Below, in pieces: positions 25,020 through 39,351 of a stretch of DNA of 64,000 bases. The stretch lies in NCBI GenBank assembly GCA_010015585.1, contig ML975176.1; one strand, 5' to 3'. The notes under the pieces are model-generated. The model did no database searches and was not told the origin of the DNA. It saw only the letters and a list, made by a program, of their open reading frames with translations. A program made the translations under genes and the position numbers. Within the stretch, counting starts at the first letter, position 1, and each line of letters opens with the position of its first letter. The DNA is from Eremomyces bilateralis CBS 781.70. Taxonomy: Eukaryota.

Positions 25020-27758
25020 AACGGCGTCATCCTTGATCGAGGGAGCACCGCTATAAAGTCGACGTCTTTGGGAACACGGTCCACTTCCGCTGCGCGTTAT
25101 TGGGACGACCGTCGCGATTGTGTTTATTATCTCGACCCACCAGGCCTCGTCGACCATTGGTTTCTTACGGGGATGGTCCGGCAACAACGCTGGATTGGAG
25201 AGCTAGACGACCACGAATGCGATGAATTATGCCATGTTTACAACCCGAACAGCGCACCACCTTCTTTCTTCTCGATCGGGATTCCCTCTGCTTATTGGAT
25301 ATACGCAAACTCCAACCTGATTTCGAGCGAGTGGAGATGTAAAGGTCAAAAGTCCGTCATTTCCCATTGTCGATAAGCATCACACAGTACGCATTGACGA
25401 TTGGCGTTACGGCAGAGTTAGTGATGACCGACAATTTCTATATTTCCTGGATGGCATTTTCTAGGCGCCTCCGTTGCCGATGTCTTTCGGGTGAGGGTTG
25501 GAACCGGTTGATAGATCTATGAACGACGACTGGGAGCATTACGATCGTCTGTCAATGTACGCTCCATCAGGTTCGCGAATCGCGGCATATTATGGATGCT
25601 TTATGGAATCAAATGTGGTCATATCATTAGTTGTTGCCAAACAGGGACTGGTTTGAGTATACCGAATGTAATGCATGAATTTGACCACATTCTTTAATCG
25701 TCCGGTGCCGATTACTGCTCCTCATGGAATGGTGGAGTAACAAAGTCTATTCCCATCCCTTTCTGCCATTCGCCCGCACTTTTAGGAGCTGGATCGACAT
25801 CATGGCTCGACTAGCTAGTAATGGTGTTGGGTTGGCATGCGGATTCAGACCGCTTCCATTCCTGAAATGGCGGACTATCGAAGACTGAAGAGCTTACACT
25901 CCCCGTTCTACGTATCCATCACACTGGAAACTGTACACTACGGATGAGATGCATGGAAAAAGCATTCGGTCCTTGATATGCACTCAGCCGCCAGAAGGGA
26001 ATATCGGTGAGACGTTGCAGGTCACAGAACCCAACGACATCCCCAACCCCATTTCCATTGTCACAGAAGCAAAGCAAGTAATTATGGAATAAGCAACACA
26101 GGGAACCAAGATTCGGGGTTGGCGGGATAGTGCCTACCGCGGCGGTCAGAATCGAGACTCTACCGCGTACCAGCTACCCACTCGGGCGACGTGGGCCCCA
26201 GATCATCCGGTCTCTTTACTCTCCAAATCCTCATGTCCAAAGACGGCCTCGAGGAGAAGCCATAGCGCCATGGCAATTTTTCTAGCCACGGGAATAAGCA
26301 AATGCATGAGGAATGTACCCGTACTTTGTTGAGACGCTTTCAAGCATCGGTAGGTTTTGTATCCCGAACGTCGTACGTACCTTACCCGTTCTCACGGTCA
26401 TCACATCGGGATCAACGCGACATCGTCTCCTGTGCCAACCACTCAACCGCTCCTTTGGGGGCACTTATCCTGTTCGATAAGATTAAATTTCAGTTCGACA
26501 CTAGTCACCGCATAATTTCATTATCGTCGCTTAGCTTTTCATCGGGGTTTTGTGGGTTGGAGGGTTCGTTCGATAATCGATTGATAGCACCTTTCCAGCG
26601 GCGATAGCTGGTGTGTCAGAGGGTGAAGCAACTCGAGGTCCCCTTATCAGTGATCCGACCCCAGCTTCCAACTGATCTACATTCTCCTCAGCTCGGTCTA
26701 TGGACTTTATTTGAACCGTCGTTTGAAGTCGCGACCCTTTCTCATATCAATAATGGTATGTATATTGCGTTGTGTGGAAGAAAACATATGCTCTCACTTC
26801 CTATCGCATCAGCGCGGTTCTGCGTGTCGCAGGCCCCTCGTCCGACCATTAGGAAGGTGTCCTTCCGACACGGTTATCAGTTGGCAGCGTTTCTAGTAGT
26901 GATCTGGCTATTATTCAAAGGGCTTGGGTGGTATCCAACCGTGCAATGTGTTTCGGATGAGAGCCAAGGCGTTGATCGCCCGAAACAAGCAAAGTTGGTT
27001 ATTCAAGGACCTCATCGTCAGACAGACACATGTAACGGCTGAAGCGTCGCTCCATCGAATCGAGTCTCGAGAGGCACATGTCTTCCAGGAGAGCACTGAG
27101 GAACTCTCTGACAACGGCCAATTTTAGGATCGACAGAAGAAATGCTGGCTATAGATCCGCAGATCCGGACAGAATTGGTGGAGGATGCAGTACCATGCTG
27201 CTCGTCCGTCGAAGTTTGGAGTTGATCCACGGTGCTTAATTCTCTCTAGACTTGCTCCAAGAGACAAGAAGGGTAGTTAGACTGGACACGGCGCGGATCT
27301 TCGACAAGATGGACGGGTGGTAATGGATGATTAACTTGTTTATTGCAACACTATTTCGTCTCACTGATTTCCGACCTAGTTGACAGAAGACGGATTCCCG
27401 ACCGTGCTTCCCCGATGCAAGCCAAAGTAGCGAGCCGTTTGAGCTGGCGTGACTTGAAGAACGAAAGAAGGGTATCCTACACGCAAAGATAAATATATAC
27501 AGTAAAGACAGACCTGCGCAAAGCGGTATGACGGAAAGGACTAGCTATTATCATATAGGATATTGTGTAATATCAGCCGGAAAGCTGTCTGACCCATACA
27601 CCAGCGCTAATGTGAAGCCACGAACGTACGAAGGAGACTCCGTATATACAAGACCGAGTGTGAAGAGGAAGGGTATCTAACAACGATGGTAAAAGCAAAA
27701 GCATCAATCATCTCTTCACAGCATATATCAACAAATCTTGGCTCCGAAGCGATCACAT

Positions 27759-30700
27759 CTACTCTCTAAGTCGACTCATCGCCGTGATCTCCTCGTCACC
27801 CAACGCTGTGATCCACAAGCACTTGCCGATTACTACCGGGTCGGGGTGGAACTGATATTTCGAGCTCGCCTCCAGCAGCCTCAGGAGACTCTTCACGATC
27901 GCCGCCGCTATGTGATGCCGCTCGAAGTTCACTAGCGGTTCTCCCGCTGGGTTCTGCGGCGCGCTGGTGATGAACGCCGGCTTCTGCGCATTGTACACGA
28001 GATCGCGCGTGTAGATGCCGATGAAGGGGATGCACCCCTTCTCGACCGCGGCCGTCTCCATCTCCATGCGGAGATTGTGGAAGTTGCGGACCGGTTGGAC
28101 TAGCCGTTCGAGTTCAGTGAGGACCTCCAGATCGGCGGCCGGCACCGCGTCCCATGTGCGCTTCATGCGGGACACGTCGCTGCTGAGCAGGGCGATCGTG
28201 ATCTGGTACATCGTGGCGTAGTTCCGGATCTGCCTCGCGTGCGCGGCGATGCGGATGTACTGCACGATGCAGTGAACGCGCTCGTCGAGCGACTCGGTAA
28301 GGATGAGTTCCGAAACGGCCCATTTGACCATGATGTTGAATCGGGCGATGACCACGTCGACGCCGCGAGGAGTCTGCGTGCGGAGGTAATCCACCCAATC
28401 ACGGATGGAAGGGGATGACTGCTTCCAGCGGAGTTCGATCAGCTCCTTCCAGTCGATTTCATCAAGAGCATCTTTCTCGATGATGGTGAATTGCTGAGTG
28501 AGGTACTCGGCGTCATGGGTGAGGATGAAGGGGAGATGAGGTGGGATGGATGGGACACGGCTGGAGGGGGCGGAAGGAACACGGAGAGCAGGCTGGGGGT
28601 GTTTGCGACGGCTAGTCGGGGTAGTGGGAGGAAGGTCAGTGGGCGGACTGTGAGGCGATTGAACCTGGACAATCCGTTGATCCTTTGGTTCGACAGGGAG
28701 GGCCAGGCGCTTTGATTGATCGTCGGAAAATGGAGGAGTGGGAGGGAAACGAAGCGGATGTGTGAACATGGAATTGCCGCCATCCTCATCGTCATCCGCG
28801 GGCTCATCATCGAAAAAACTCCGAACCCGTTGGCTGGCGTCTTCGGAGTTACCGACCAAATCTCCGGAAGACCGTGATCCGTCGGTGAGAGCCTCATGAT
28901 CGTCTAGTAGGAAACTTCCCCGCGTTTGGAAAGAGCTTGGAAGGGTTTCGCCCTTGGGAATGCGGCGCATGCTGTCTGTCTTCTCGATATGTTCCATTGA
29001 TGAAGCGGCGGACCCCTGCTGCGGGGTGAGATCAACGGCATCGATAGTTATCGTTGACTGATCTTGGGGAGCATTCTGTTTCCTCGGGTCGATACGCGGT
29101 GATGATTTCGGGGGGCGAGTCACAATGCCGCTTAAACCCCTTTCAAGCAAGGGCACTGAGGAATACGAATCTTCGGACCGCGCAGCAACAGAGACGGTGG
29201 GTACCACTCGCGAGGGGAGGTCATGACCCGATGAATAAGAGACCTGGTAGATACTATCCCCTTGAGTCTCCGGAGGCAGGGGATCGGAGGAAAGCCGTTG
29301 AAGAATGGGTTTCTGGTTATCGAGATCAATAACCTGCTCATTCCGATGTCTCATTCTCTCTTCCTCTTCGGATGGGTCCAATCCAAGGGGAGAAGGCTCC
29401 CACGCGCTGGGCTTGCCAACAGGCGTCGATGATGGATCGGATTGCGACATGTCGGAAGCCCGCTTCTCATACTTCCCTTCCAACTTAAGTAGCGCCGACT
29501 CAATACCGCCGTCATCGGATGCGTCGTCGGGTAACGCAGCGAGCTTGGCCACTTCCGCCTCGAAAGACGGACGTAGATTTTGTTGAGAGGAATGTGTGTC
29601 AACGAGAGAGATTGACCTCCGTAACTTCGACGGGTCTGGGGAGCCTGTTCCGACGGACGACTTTTCTTTGATAAACTGCCGAGCAAGCTCGGTCTCCAGG
29701 CTTAGTCCCCCAGGTTCAAGGGGACTGACGGCAAATGAGTTTGTGACCGAATGAGTGAGGTTAGAGAGTGATCCAGCTGAGCGCGGACGGTCCGTGACCG
29801 GCTCCAAGTCGTGTACATTATCTACAGCGCGGAGGTCGCCGCCGGGTCTGCGCCGCAGAGGCCGCATGGGGGTATTTTCCAGGAAGAACGGATCGTTCTC
29901 AGAGGACTGGGATTGGGCTTGGGATTGCTGCTCCGATATTCCGGATGTAGCGAAACTGAGCGGTGCCCTGTGGTCGGCCTCACCGCTATGGTAAGAGGGG
30001 TATCGCAATTGAGAGGATGAGGCCGACCGATGTTTCCTGAGCCGGTTTCTAGGATACCCGGTAGGTCGTCGGGACTCGACTACACGGGACCCACTCGAGT
30101 TCTTTGTAAGCAGCGGCGACTCCCCAGGAGAGGTCGTATTGTCTAGTCCAGTCTCGATCACTTGGTCGATCGACATCGCCCTTGACCCGGACGTTGCATG
30201 CTTCGGCAAGCTCGTCGATCGTTTCGGCATCGACGGCCGCCGCGATCCTACCAACGACTCCGTCGCGAGAGTGGAGGGTGGCAATGCCCCTGACATCCAC
30301 GGTACTTCGGGTCCCCCGGTATCGTCCATGATGACAATCGACCGACTTCCCGCGGTAACCGCATCGGCCGTTTTCCGATTCCTTGTATGGTCTTCTGGAG
30401 CATGCGGCTCTTGAAGCTGGAAGGAATCGCGTGGTGCGTGTAGGTTGCGGCTGCGGAATCCTCGCTCCAGCCCGGTATTTTCGAGTTCCATCTGGATGGT
30501 AATCGCTTTACGAAAACTCTCGCCTGCCCTGGCCGAAAGCATGTCGATGCGGACTTGCTTGCGGCCACGAGCTCGCTTCTTGCTGGGTGTGCGAGCCGTA
30601 GTCGAAACTGACGCGGTCGTACCGGCGCGGGATACCTTGTTGGTCGACGGCGCAGAGAATTCGATGTGAGTTCCGGATCTCGGGGTCACGGGAACCGGCG

Positions 30701-33085
30701 GGTGCTTACTGGTGAGGGCGCGGCGGACGGTGCCTAGTAACTTCTTCATGCCCGGACCAGTGGCGACAGGTTGTTTCACAGAGTTGGGATCGGTGGGATC
30801 GACAAGAAGGACGTCAGCGTATGATCTCATGGACTTGATGCTCGCGCCGACACGAACTTCGACGTAGGGACTATCCGGCTGAAAGATGGCTCCTCGGATC
30901 AAACTGCCCGGTAGGGCCTGCGCGACCGCTTGGGCTTCTTCCGGGGATCTCTTGGGGGTTGCCAGGGGTGCACGGTTATCCCGGAGGGCATCCGAGAAGC
31001 TGCCACTTCGCTTGTGCGTCCGAGCCGGGCGACTGGCACGGGGAGCTGCCTGACCTATAGTCGCGGATCCAGGAGGAATCTGAACCGGGTGAGGGTAGAG
31101 AGGGATATCTCCGCCATGATCGACGCGGTATACCGGACGCATCGGAATCGAGCACGATAGCGCCTGGATACTCCGCTCGCTCGAGGGAGAGATTGGCACT
31201 CCTTCAACCGTCGGAGCCGACCACGGTACCCCGGAAGTGAGGGAATGTTGCGGGGTGTGGTAGAGAGATTTGAGAGACCTGACGCCTTCGGACTCCCCGA
31301 TACCAGCTGAACGGTTCACGAGGATGCCAGTCAGCTGCATTGGCCGGTTCCCGTTCTGTTGCTTTGACATCACGAACTGACTGGCCTCGACTTTCGTAGT
31401 AAACCCATCCGTTCCATCCCGTGGCCCCGCGTGGATGTCATTGTCCGGTGCGTCGAACCCTATCGCAACCCCATCATCCCAATATTGCGAGCACGTCCGC
31501 CTCCAGCACTTTTTCAATTCTCCGATGATTTTCTGATCTCCTCCTCCCCCACTGACTCGATTGCGCAGGTATTCATACAAGCCATTCGTTAGCATGCAAA
31601 ATTGCGAGCGCAGTCGGTAATCCGGCATGAAATCGTCGACGAAATAGTTCAAGATCCAGTGGCGCACCGCGACGAAGGTCCGAACTCGCACGATCCGTCC
31701 AAAGTCGTCCGCGCGGTCCACGGCCCATCTCATGCGCGCAATCAGATGTGCGATCAGATCATGGCTTGCCATGAACGCACGGAAGGTGAGGAAGAAGTCC
31801 GAAAGCAATTCATAGTCGAGGAAGCTCGGCGATGTGATATGAGCGATGAGACGCGACGGGGTGGCCGCGACGATGTTGCCGGAGCTAGGGGCGAATCGAA
31901 CGGACGTGGGATCGTCCGGATTGAGGGTCAAGGCATCATAAAGTTCGGGGACGATGACGATCTTCGACGCACGCTCGGACGCCGGGGGGAGAGGCGAGGG
32001 CCTTCCCGACGTACGACTTCGAGATGAGAGCTGTCGAGTGATCGATGGCGCCTCCAACTCGCGTCCGGAGATGTAGGACGAGTAAGCCATGACGGGGGGG
32101 GAGGGAAACAGTCTCTCATGACCGTTCCTCGAGAACACGGACGAGCGAGGGTCCTCGATGACGGAAGCTCTTGTATACACGGAGCTCCGCAACACCGTTG
32201 TATCCTGGTTAAATTGGGGAGTACCAAGTCGATAGTGAGGAATAGGAACTTCCAGCACAGGCAATGGTCCTGTATCCGCGGTTTTCGGTCGATGCAGGGA
32301 AGGTCTATGAATCACCACCTTGATTGACTGTCCCCGCTCTTGCAACTGCGCTTGCGCGTGTTCGTCGACCGTGGAGAAGGAATGGGCACGGTTATGAGAG
32401 CCACTAAATGGGGAAGATTGAGCGATTGACTGCGGATCCTCATGACCGGGTTCTTCTTCTCGGGTTTGTCCTGGAAGTGGAGTGCAGAATCCGGTATAGA
32501 GGCCCTCTATACCGGCATCGCTCGATGGTCGCGTTCGAAGATCTCGTGCTTCGTCTGGTGGAGGGATTGGAGGAAAGACGAATGGAGGAGGCGCTGGACG
32601 CGTCCTTTGGGCGCCGGGTCGAATGACGGGTCTATGGCACGAAGGGTCAGAATCAAAACTAAGACCAACGTAGGATGACCATGTTGTAACAACGCATCAA
32701 ACGCATGGAGAGAAGCATACCTCAAGTATATAATCCCATTATTCCCAACGTTTCCCACGGTGAAGTTCCGGCCAGCTCGTGCCGTAGCCACGGCGTCGGG
32801 AGCGATATTCCCTGAGCTTCCACCGCGACGCGCTCGCAAATCTTCGGCCGAGTTCTTCGTCCTTTTTAGTGACGGGTTTCTTCGTGGTGATTTGATCGAG
32901 GAAGATGTGGTCGCGATGGGCTTGGTCACGTCGGGTTTGCCGGCATCAACAACAGCGGCAGCACCAGAGTCAATGCTGGTTGCTCCAGCGGTCGCGACAG
33001 CCGATGCGGCATCCATTCCCTGGTGGAACCCATCCTGATCCTGTCCGTTGCCGACGCGGTCCATATTTGCTTGAGACGCCAGCAT
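27759..33085 (-). CDS. LTE1: Lte1-like Ras guanine nucleotide exchange factor domain protein (REM domain plus C-terminal CDC25-homology domain)
   Basis: Exons 33085-32721 and 32631-27759; the exon 2 frame is open into the 1528-aa ORF. REM: DYELLSDFFLTFR..VRVRTFVAVRHWILNYFVDDF. GEF: QQFTIIEKDALDEIDWKELIELRW..RNYATMYQI..GCIPFIGIYTRDL. Confidence 0.88.
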
Positions 33086-34424
33086 CAGGGATTGGCGCTC
33101 CTACGCTGGCGCATCAGGACCAATGTGGATTCTCTCTCTGAGACCGAGACGCGAGGTGAAGCAGTTTCACGGAAACCAAACCACCGGCAGCAGCGGAGGA
33201 CGCGTTGCTACTGGCAGCATGTTCGGGAGGGAGCGGAGATCCGGAGCGATGTGTACGGTCAATGCTGGAGGCCTGGAGGTCGAGGAGTGTTCGAAGGGTC
33301 GTGTTGTTGACTATTGTCAGCAGTCGGTGCGTTCTCGGTGCGGTGGTGGCCGTGATGCACTCGGACGTGGTTCGTGTTTGATGGTTGGGAGAGCTGGGGG
33401 ACCTTGCAGTGGACGGTGAAGTGTCTGAGCGCAAGAATGAGGCTGGGCGCCTGGGCCGCTGGGCAAGCTGGGATGGGGTGCTGGACTGTTGGATCGCTAT
33501 GGAACTTCGAAGATTACTATTACTTTAAGGGATGAGGACAAGCCGAGAGTAGGAAGTCAAGGGATAGAGGGCCCTGCAAGCGAGCGAAGGAAGTGGAAGA
33601 GAGGAGAGAGAGGAGAATTTCCAAGAATGGTTGATGGGTTGAAATGGATGAAAGTATTGGATGAATGTGTGATGGCTGTCAACCGCCGTGCAGCAGTGGA
33701 AGAAGAAACGCAGTGCGCTAGCAACGGTTAACGGTCATAATCTTTCTTAGTGTAGCCTACTACAGCATCTATTCGAGAGTCTAGAGAGTTTATTACTTAT
33801 TAAAGACTGCATAGATGGCAGAACCTGTCGAAGTGACAGCTCATCTCATTGATTGGGCATTTCTTGTTGTTGCACCATTGCACCATTATATGGGTGGCTC
33901 ACTGGTATCGGCATTAGGGGAATTGGTTCTTTGGCCCAAGAATTGAATCTCACTGTAGTCTTTCTTGGCGTAGGTCCCATAGTAGGCATAGACATAATAC
34001 CGTCAGCCCGTAGCAGCTAACAAGTACGTAACAGCAGAAGGATAATACTCCCTTAGTCCCTCACCTCACAAGTCATATCTGATCGGATCGATCGATGGCC
34101 CAGCCCCAGCCGATTCCCTGATTCCCCCATCCGGCCATCCCAAGGAGGCAGGGCCGTTGGGGAGACCCAAACCACTGGGTCATAATATTGGGGCATCAGG
34201 TCATCCACTCATTATTGGGGATGTGCTGCCTGGCGTACCTGCCTTTGCTGCCTCATCCCCCCCGGTCTCTTCCTTCCGTTCCTTCCCCAGCAAGTCAGAC
34301 GGCACTTGCCACCCCCCACGTCCCTTCCATTCCTCCCGAACAATTGACGATGCAGCTTCGCGGTAGATTCCTGAGACCAAGACATAGCACATCTTGATGA
34401 CATGATGTGTGAATAGCCACCAAA

Positions 34425-35097
34425 ATGGTGCTATCCTTCGTCCTCATCCAAAATCGCCAGTATGTTCTATCGTGAAAACATGACAAATTCGAAGCTGATC
34501 ATCGCAACATCCAGAGGCAAGACTCGCCTGGCGAAATGGTACGCTCCATACAGTGTATGTCCCTCCACATAATGCACATCTTCCCTCTCTAACCGCTGCC
34601 AACCTCAGGATGAAGAGAAAATAAAACTCAAAGGCGAAGTGTGTCCCTCGCTCACCCCTCATCGTCCCCAATCCCCCTGACCCCCCTCCCAGATCCACCG
34701 CCTCGTCGCGCCCCGCGACCAAAAGCACCAGTCCAACTTCGTCGAGTTCCGCAACACCTCCAAGATCGTCTACCGCCGCTACGCCGGCCTCTTCTTCTGC
34801 GCCTGCGTCGATACCAACGACAACGAGCTCGCCTACCTGGAGGCCATCCACTTCTTTGTCGAGGTGCTGGATGCCTTCTTCGGGAACGTCTGCGAGCTGG
34901 ATCTGGTCTTTAACTTTTACAAGGTATGAATCTGTGAATCCAATCCGTGGATAAGTGCGTGGGGAGGTGGGAATCGGCTTCTAACCGAATTCCAGGTCTA
35001 TGCGATTTTGGACGAGGTGTTCCTCGCGGGAGAAATCGAGGAAACGAGCAAACAAGTGGTATTGACCCGGTTGGAACATCTGGATAAACTGGAATAA
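34425..35097 (+). CDS. APS2: AP-2 clathrin adaptor complex sigma subunit (not represented correctly in the ORF track)
   Basis: Exons 34425-34459, 34515-34554, 34609-34638, 34693-34923, 34996-35097 give [108 protein letters not shown]. Confidence 0.95.
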
Positions 35098-35337
35098 GCT
35101 GGAGGCAATGATTAGGATCTACACATCGGAAAATCGTATTGTTGTTGCTCCATTGGTTTCATTCGACATTATATAGGTACCACCGCTTCCGTGTTAGTAT
35201 GCGCTGGCTGACAGTACGCTTCCATGAGCTCATATGTACGGTAAGAAAAGGCAATAATACAAGACATCGCAGGAACATAGCCTGCTAAAATCACCCCTGA
35301 AAGCTCCTTGGGGTCAAACCATCATCGCGGAAGAGAC

Positions 35338-37848
35338 TCATTGATTAATCACCCGCAATGTCCTCCTCGGATTCAACACCACCCCCCTCGGTCCCCAGAA
35401 GCTCGGCTCCTGTCCCGCTATCAGATCTTCCGAGTCGCTCCCCGACGAACCGGGCCGCAATAACGGATGATTCCCTTGCAACCCGTCCGCACTCCCGGTG
35501 TAGCTCCCCTGCGACGAATGCCCTGGCCGCCACGGCGTCTGCCCGCTACTCGCCTCGCTGACATGCTTCGGCGCCGCGAAGAAGTTCCCCGCGCTGCTCA
35601 GCCGCCCGAATATGCTTTCCTTCTCCGCCTGCTGCGGGTCAGCCGCCCCGCGCTGCGCCATGGCCAGGTGCCGTTGGTACAGCTGCACCCGCTTGCGGTA
35701 GATGTACGCGCAGAAGGCGAGGTATCCGGCGAGGAAGAGCAAGAACCCTGCGATGGTGCCCGCGACGATGGCGCCGACGCGGCCCGCGGAACTGCCGTCG
35801 CTATTGCCGGGCGACGCCGTGGTTGTAACCGTTTGCCCGTTGATGCTGGTCACCGTGTAGTAGATCGGCTTGCCCGTGGCGATGGGACCACCGGTGGCCG
35901 ACTGCGCCGGGGCCGTGACCGTCGCTCCTCCCAAAGGGTTCCCGCCGATGGCGTCAATCACGGGTTGGGGGACGGAGTAGCCGAAGCTCCCATGCAGGCC
36001 GGACGAGGAGTTCGAACCAAGCTGGGAACCTTGTTGTGAGAACGGGTTTCCGGTGACAGGGTCGCCGACGTCGATGGTTTTGCCCGCCCCCTGCGACGGG
36101 CCGGTCAAGCTGGTGAAACGGTTGACCCATTCTAGGGTGCTGGTATTGAACACGTAGACGCCGGGCGAGTCGCATGAGATCTCTTGTCCCACGTATCCTC
36201 CGACCAGGACCATCTGCCCGTCCCAGATGTTGCAGGAGTGCCCGGCTCGCCCGAACGGCACCGACTGCTTGGACTGGTCCACTTCAATCCACGTGAAGGA
36301 CGGAATGGAGAGGATCCACATGTCATCGTACTGCGTCTGTTGTTGGAATGGTTGGAGGTTTTGCCCGCCGAACATATACACATTGTAACTGGTACCACTG
36401 TATGCGCGTCAGTCTCTGCTCACTCTCGACCGGAAGGGAACGTACTCAGCTGCGGCCGCGACGACCGCGCAAGGGTTGACTCGAATCTTCGGAGATTTCC
36501 CCGACGTCGATTGCTTGTACCACGTTGATCCAGCGATGTCGTAGACGTCGATGACGTTCATCTGAGTGAACGTGGTCTCGGTACCGCCAGCCAGTCCCAG
36601 CAGTATTCCCTCATCGCCAAATCCCGGGACAAATACCAGCACCCCGTCCGCACGCTCGGTAAATCCAGCACTCTCTTGCAACCCACCTTCCGTGATGTTG
36701 CGCCATGCACCATCCGAACCGGCGGCATCCAATCCAGAAACCGCCTTGTTTTCATGGCCCGGAAAGGTGTACTCGATCAAGGATTTCAAGTATACTCGCG
36801 GGATCTGGGCCGACCAGCCGGGTGTGGTATAGAGATCTAAATGCCCGCCAAAGTAGAACCCTCTCCCAAGCGAAGGGACATTGATTCCCGCACCTTCCGC
36901 GGAGCGTTGTACAGGTTCTCCGCCTCCGGCAGCATTGATACCTGCGGACGTTCGAGGATTGCTGTGTTCCTTCCATTCCGAGGCCTTGATATCGTATTCC
37001 CAAACCGCAAAGTCAACCGGCTGCTCAGGGGGGGTGTCGGAAAACTCGCCACCGTAGAGGTACAGAGCCCCGTACGAGCTCCAGAGGTACCCGTTCGATA
37101 CTGGGGGAGGTCCGCTGGGCTGGGGAAGTGCTCGGAAGGCGGGTGACGAGATGTCCCAGGATTTGGTGAGGTCTAACGTGACGAATTCGTTGTCTGGAGA
37201 AGGTGTAAGCATTTCGTTATACATGCCAATATAGGAACTTACTCCAAGTGTCGTTGGTTTGCGCAGATGAGGTCGACATTCGGCCACCGTAGATGTACAT
37301 TGTGCCGTTCACGATAGCACCTGTTGAAGTCAGACGTGCTTTGCACGGATGTCGGTTTGATACTGACTTTGGTGACTCCATTTCTTACACCATTCGGTGG
37401 CACTGTCAGCCCTTCGGTCCAAGGCATTGACCGCGTTCTCAGACCGGGCATCAGGCCGAATAACTGTGCCTTTGACTCCTAAAAAGGGAGAATGTGCTTT
37501 GCCAAAAAGCTGTGTCTGCTGCAACGCAGGTGTTATGATAAGCATGACACACGCCCACAGAGCGATGCGGAGGAATGGAGACGACATCAGGCTCCTTCGT
37601 CTTGATTCGGGGTTCGGTGATTTGTTGTTCGGTGTAGCTTCATCACTGTCCATATTCTCCCACACCAAGGTCTGGCTGACCAACCCTTCCGTTGGAAACT
37701 CGATTATTTCAGGTTCGCTCGGTATCCTGACCTGATATAGAGGTCGAGGTCGCTGCCTTAATTTAACATGGCTAGGAAAAGCAGAGTCAGGTTCTAAAAC
37801 TGTTCCTTTGAACGCCGATACCCTGTATCGTCTCTGTTCCGGATTCAT
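35338..37848 (-). CDS. Membrane-anchored kelch/galactose-oxidase-type beta-propeller protein
   Basis: Exons 37848-37368, 37320-37243, 37193-36446, 36397-35338. Repeated kelch GG motifs (MYIYGG, LYLYGG, GFYFGG, VYMFGG, VLVGG); hydrophobic segments near the N-terminus and at VGAIVAGTIAGFLLFLAGYLAFCAYIY. Confidence 0.85.
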
Positions 37849-39351
37849 GGCTCAGGACTTTGAATTATAAATTATATAAGCCACTTTGGAGCCTCGTTTA
37901 GAGTAATGTCATAAGAACGCAATTTAGGCAATATATGCCATCGGTCGGTCAATCCGTCCGACCTCAACGCAAAGCGGTCGGTAGTATAGCACTTCAAAGT
38001 CGATGTTGGGAAACCAAAAGAATTGAAATTCAGTCGCGTGACTCGGGAACAGGTGGACTAAAATAGAAGATGTGTAACACAGGAGCGAGAAGACTCGATG
38101 GAAAGCAGGCTATTGTATTGAACATTGTCTGATTGCCCCCCTCATCCCTGGAGTTGGATGCTAGGGTGGCTCGTTGCTGTAACGTCATCCCACCTCTACA
38201 AAGTAACGATTGGCTTCGAGCCCACCATGGCCACCCGCATCGATTGTTTTCAAATAGCCCATTAAAGGCCTTGCAGAGACTATCGCCGGAAGCGGGGACA
38301 TGCTTTCTGCGACCCAAGTCCCAACTGTGCGGCGCTCGAAACGTCGGTACATGGTTGGGGAACAACCAAATCAGTCAACAACTTGGAGAAACTTTTGTTG
38401 GTTTGCTGACGATATACCTAGTGGATCCTCAAGTTGATTACCATAAGCCCTCTATCGAGACTTGCTCTGCTGGGAGAATGGGCCATCCACCGTACTGTCC
38501 CCTCCGATCGGCGAATCAGAGCTAGGTGAGCATGGTACGTATGTGGTTGTTCCGGCTTTCCAGAGCCCAGACAATGTTTTGTTGGAGGAATTGGTTGGGA
38601 GCCGAAAACGCGTCGTGGAACCTGCGCCACACCTCACACACCTCATCGTCTGGTTAGATTGGTACATCTCGACCTTCAGGGTCGCATATGTACCTTCGCC
38701 CGGAAGAACGTAGCTTGGTGATCCGAAGCATACAGTCCGGCGGATGGGCGAGATAGAATACCGCGGTAGTAGTGTGATGTTATCGTCTTGTGCTTGAAGT
38801 TCGTTCGTACTTCGCTACCGGGTGATCACGTGGTAGCCAGCGACTCCACCAGCACGTGACTCGGCTCAACATGTGGCACAGCACGAGGATCTGATGGATC
38901 ATGAATAGTAACCTGAACGACAACCTCCAGCCTGGGACAGTGGAATGGAATTCCCTCCATTTGGAGACTTCGTAAATATCATTCCTTCGTCGTTCTCGTG
39001 CTTCGATGATCAACCATCTTCGTACCCAACTGACCAAGTCATACGATTCCATAGCCCCGTAGCCTAATTGACCAATCACAGCCCCTACAATCGGATGACA
39101 TCTCCCCCAAGCCCGAACCTCGGTATTCGATGGCAAGTTGGCAACATGCTGGCCCACGCGCCGCTTGATCTTTTCCCAGAAGCCGACGCCGTGATATATT
39201 AGATAGAACGTAGCCGATCGGACACCTAGCATCACTTTTGTCCATCTGTTCCTTTCTCTGTTCTTACCGCACGCCGAATCCAACTCCCTCCCAGTCCTCA
39301 AACCCTTCCTCTCGAGTACCAACTAATAGTCCGATCTCCGACGAAATCAAC

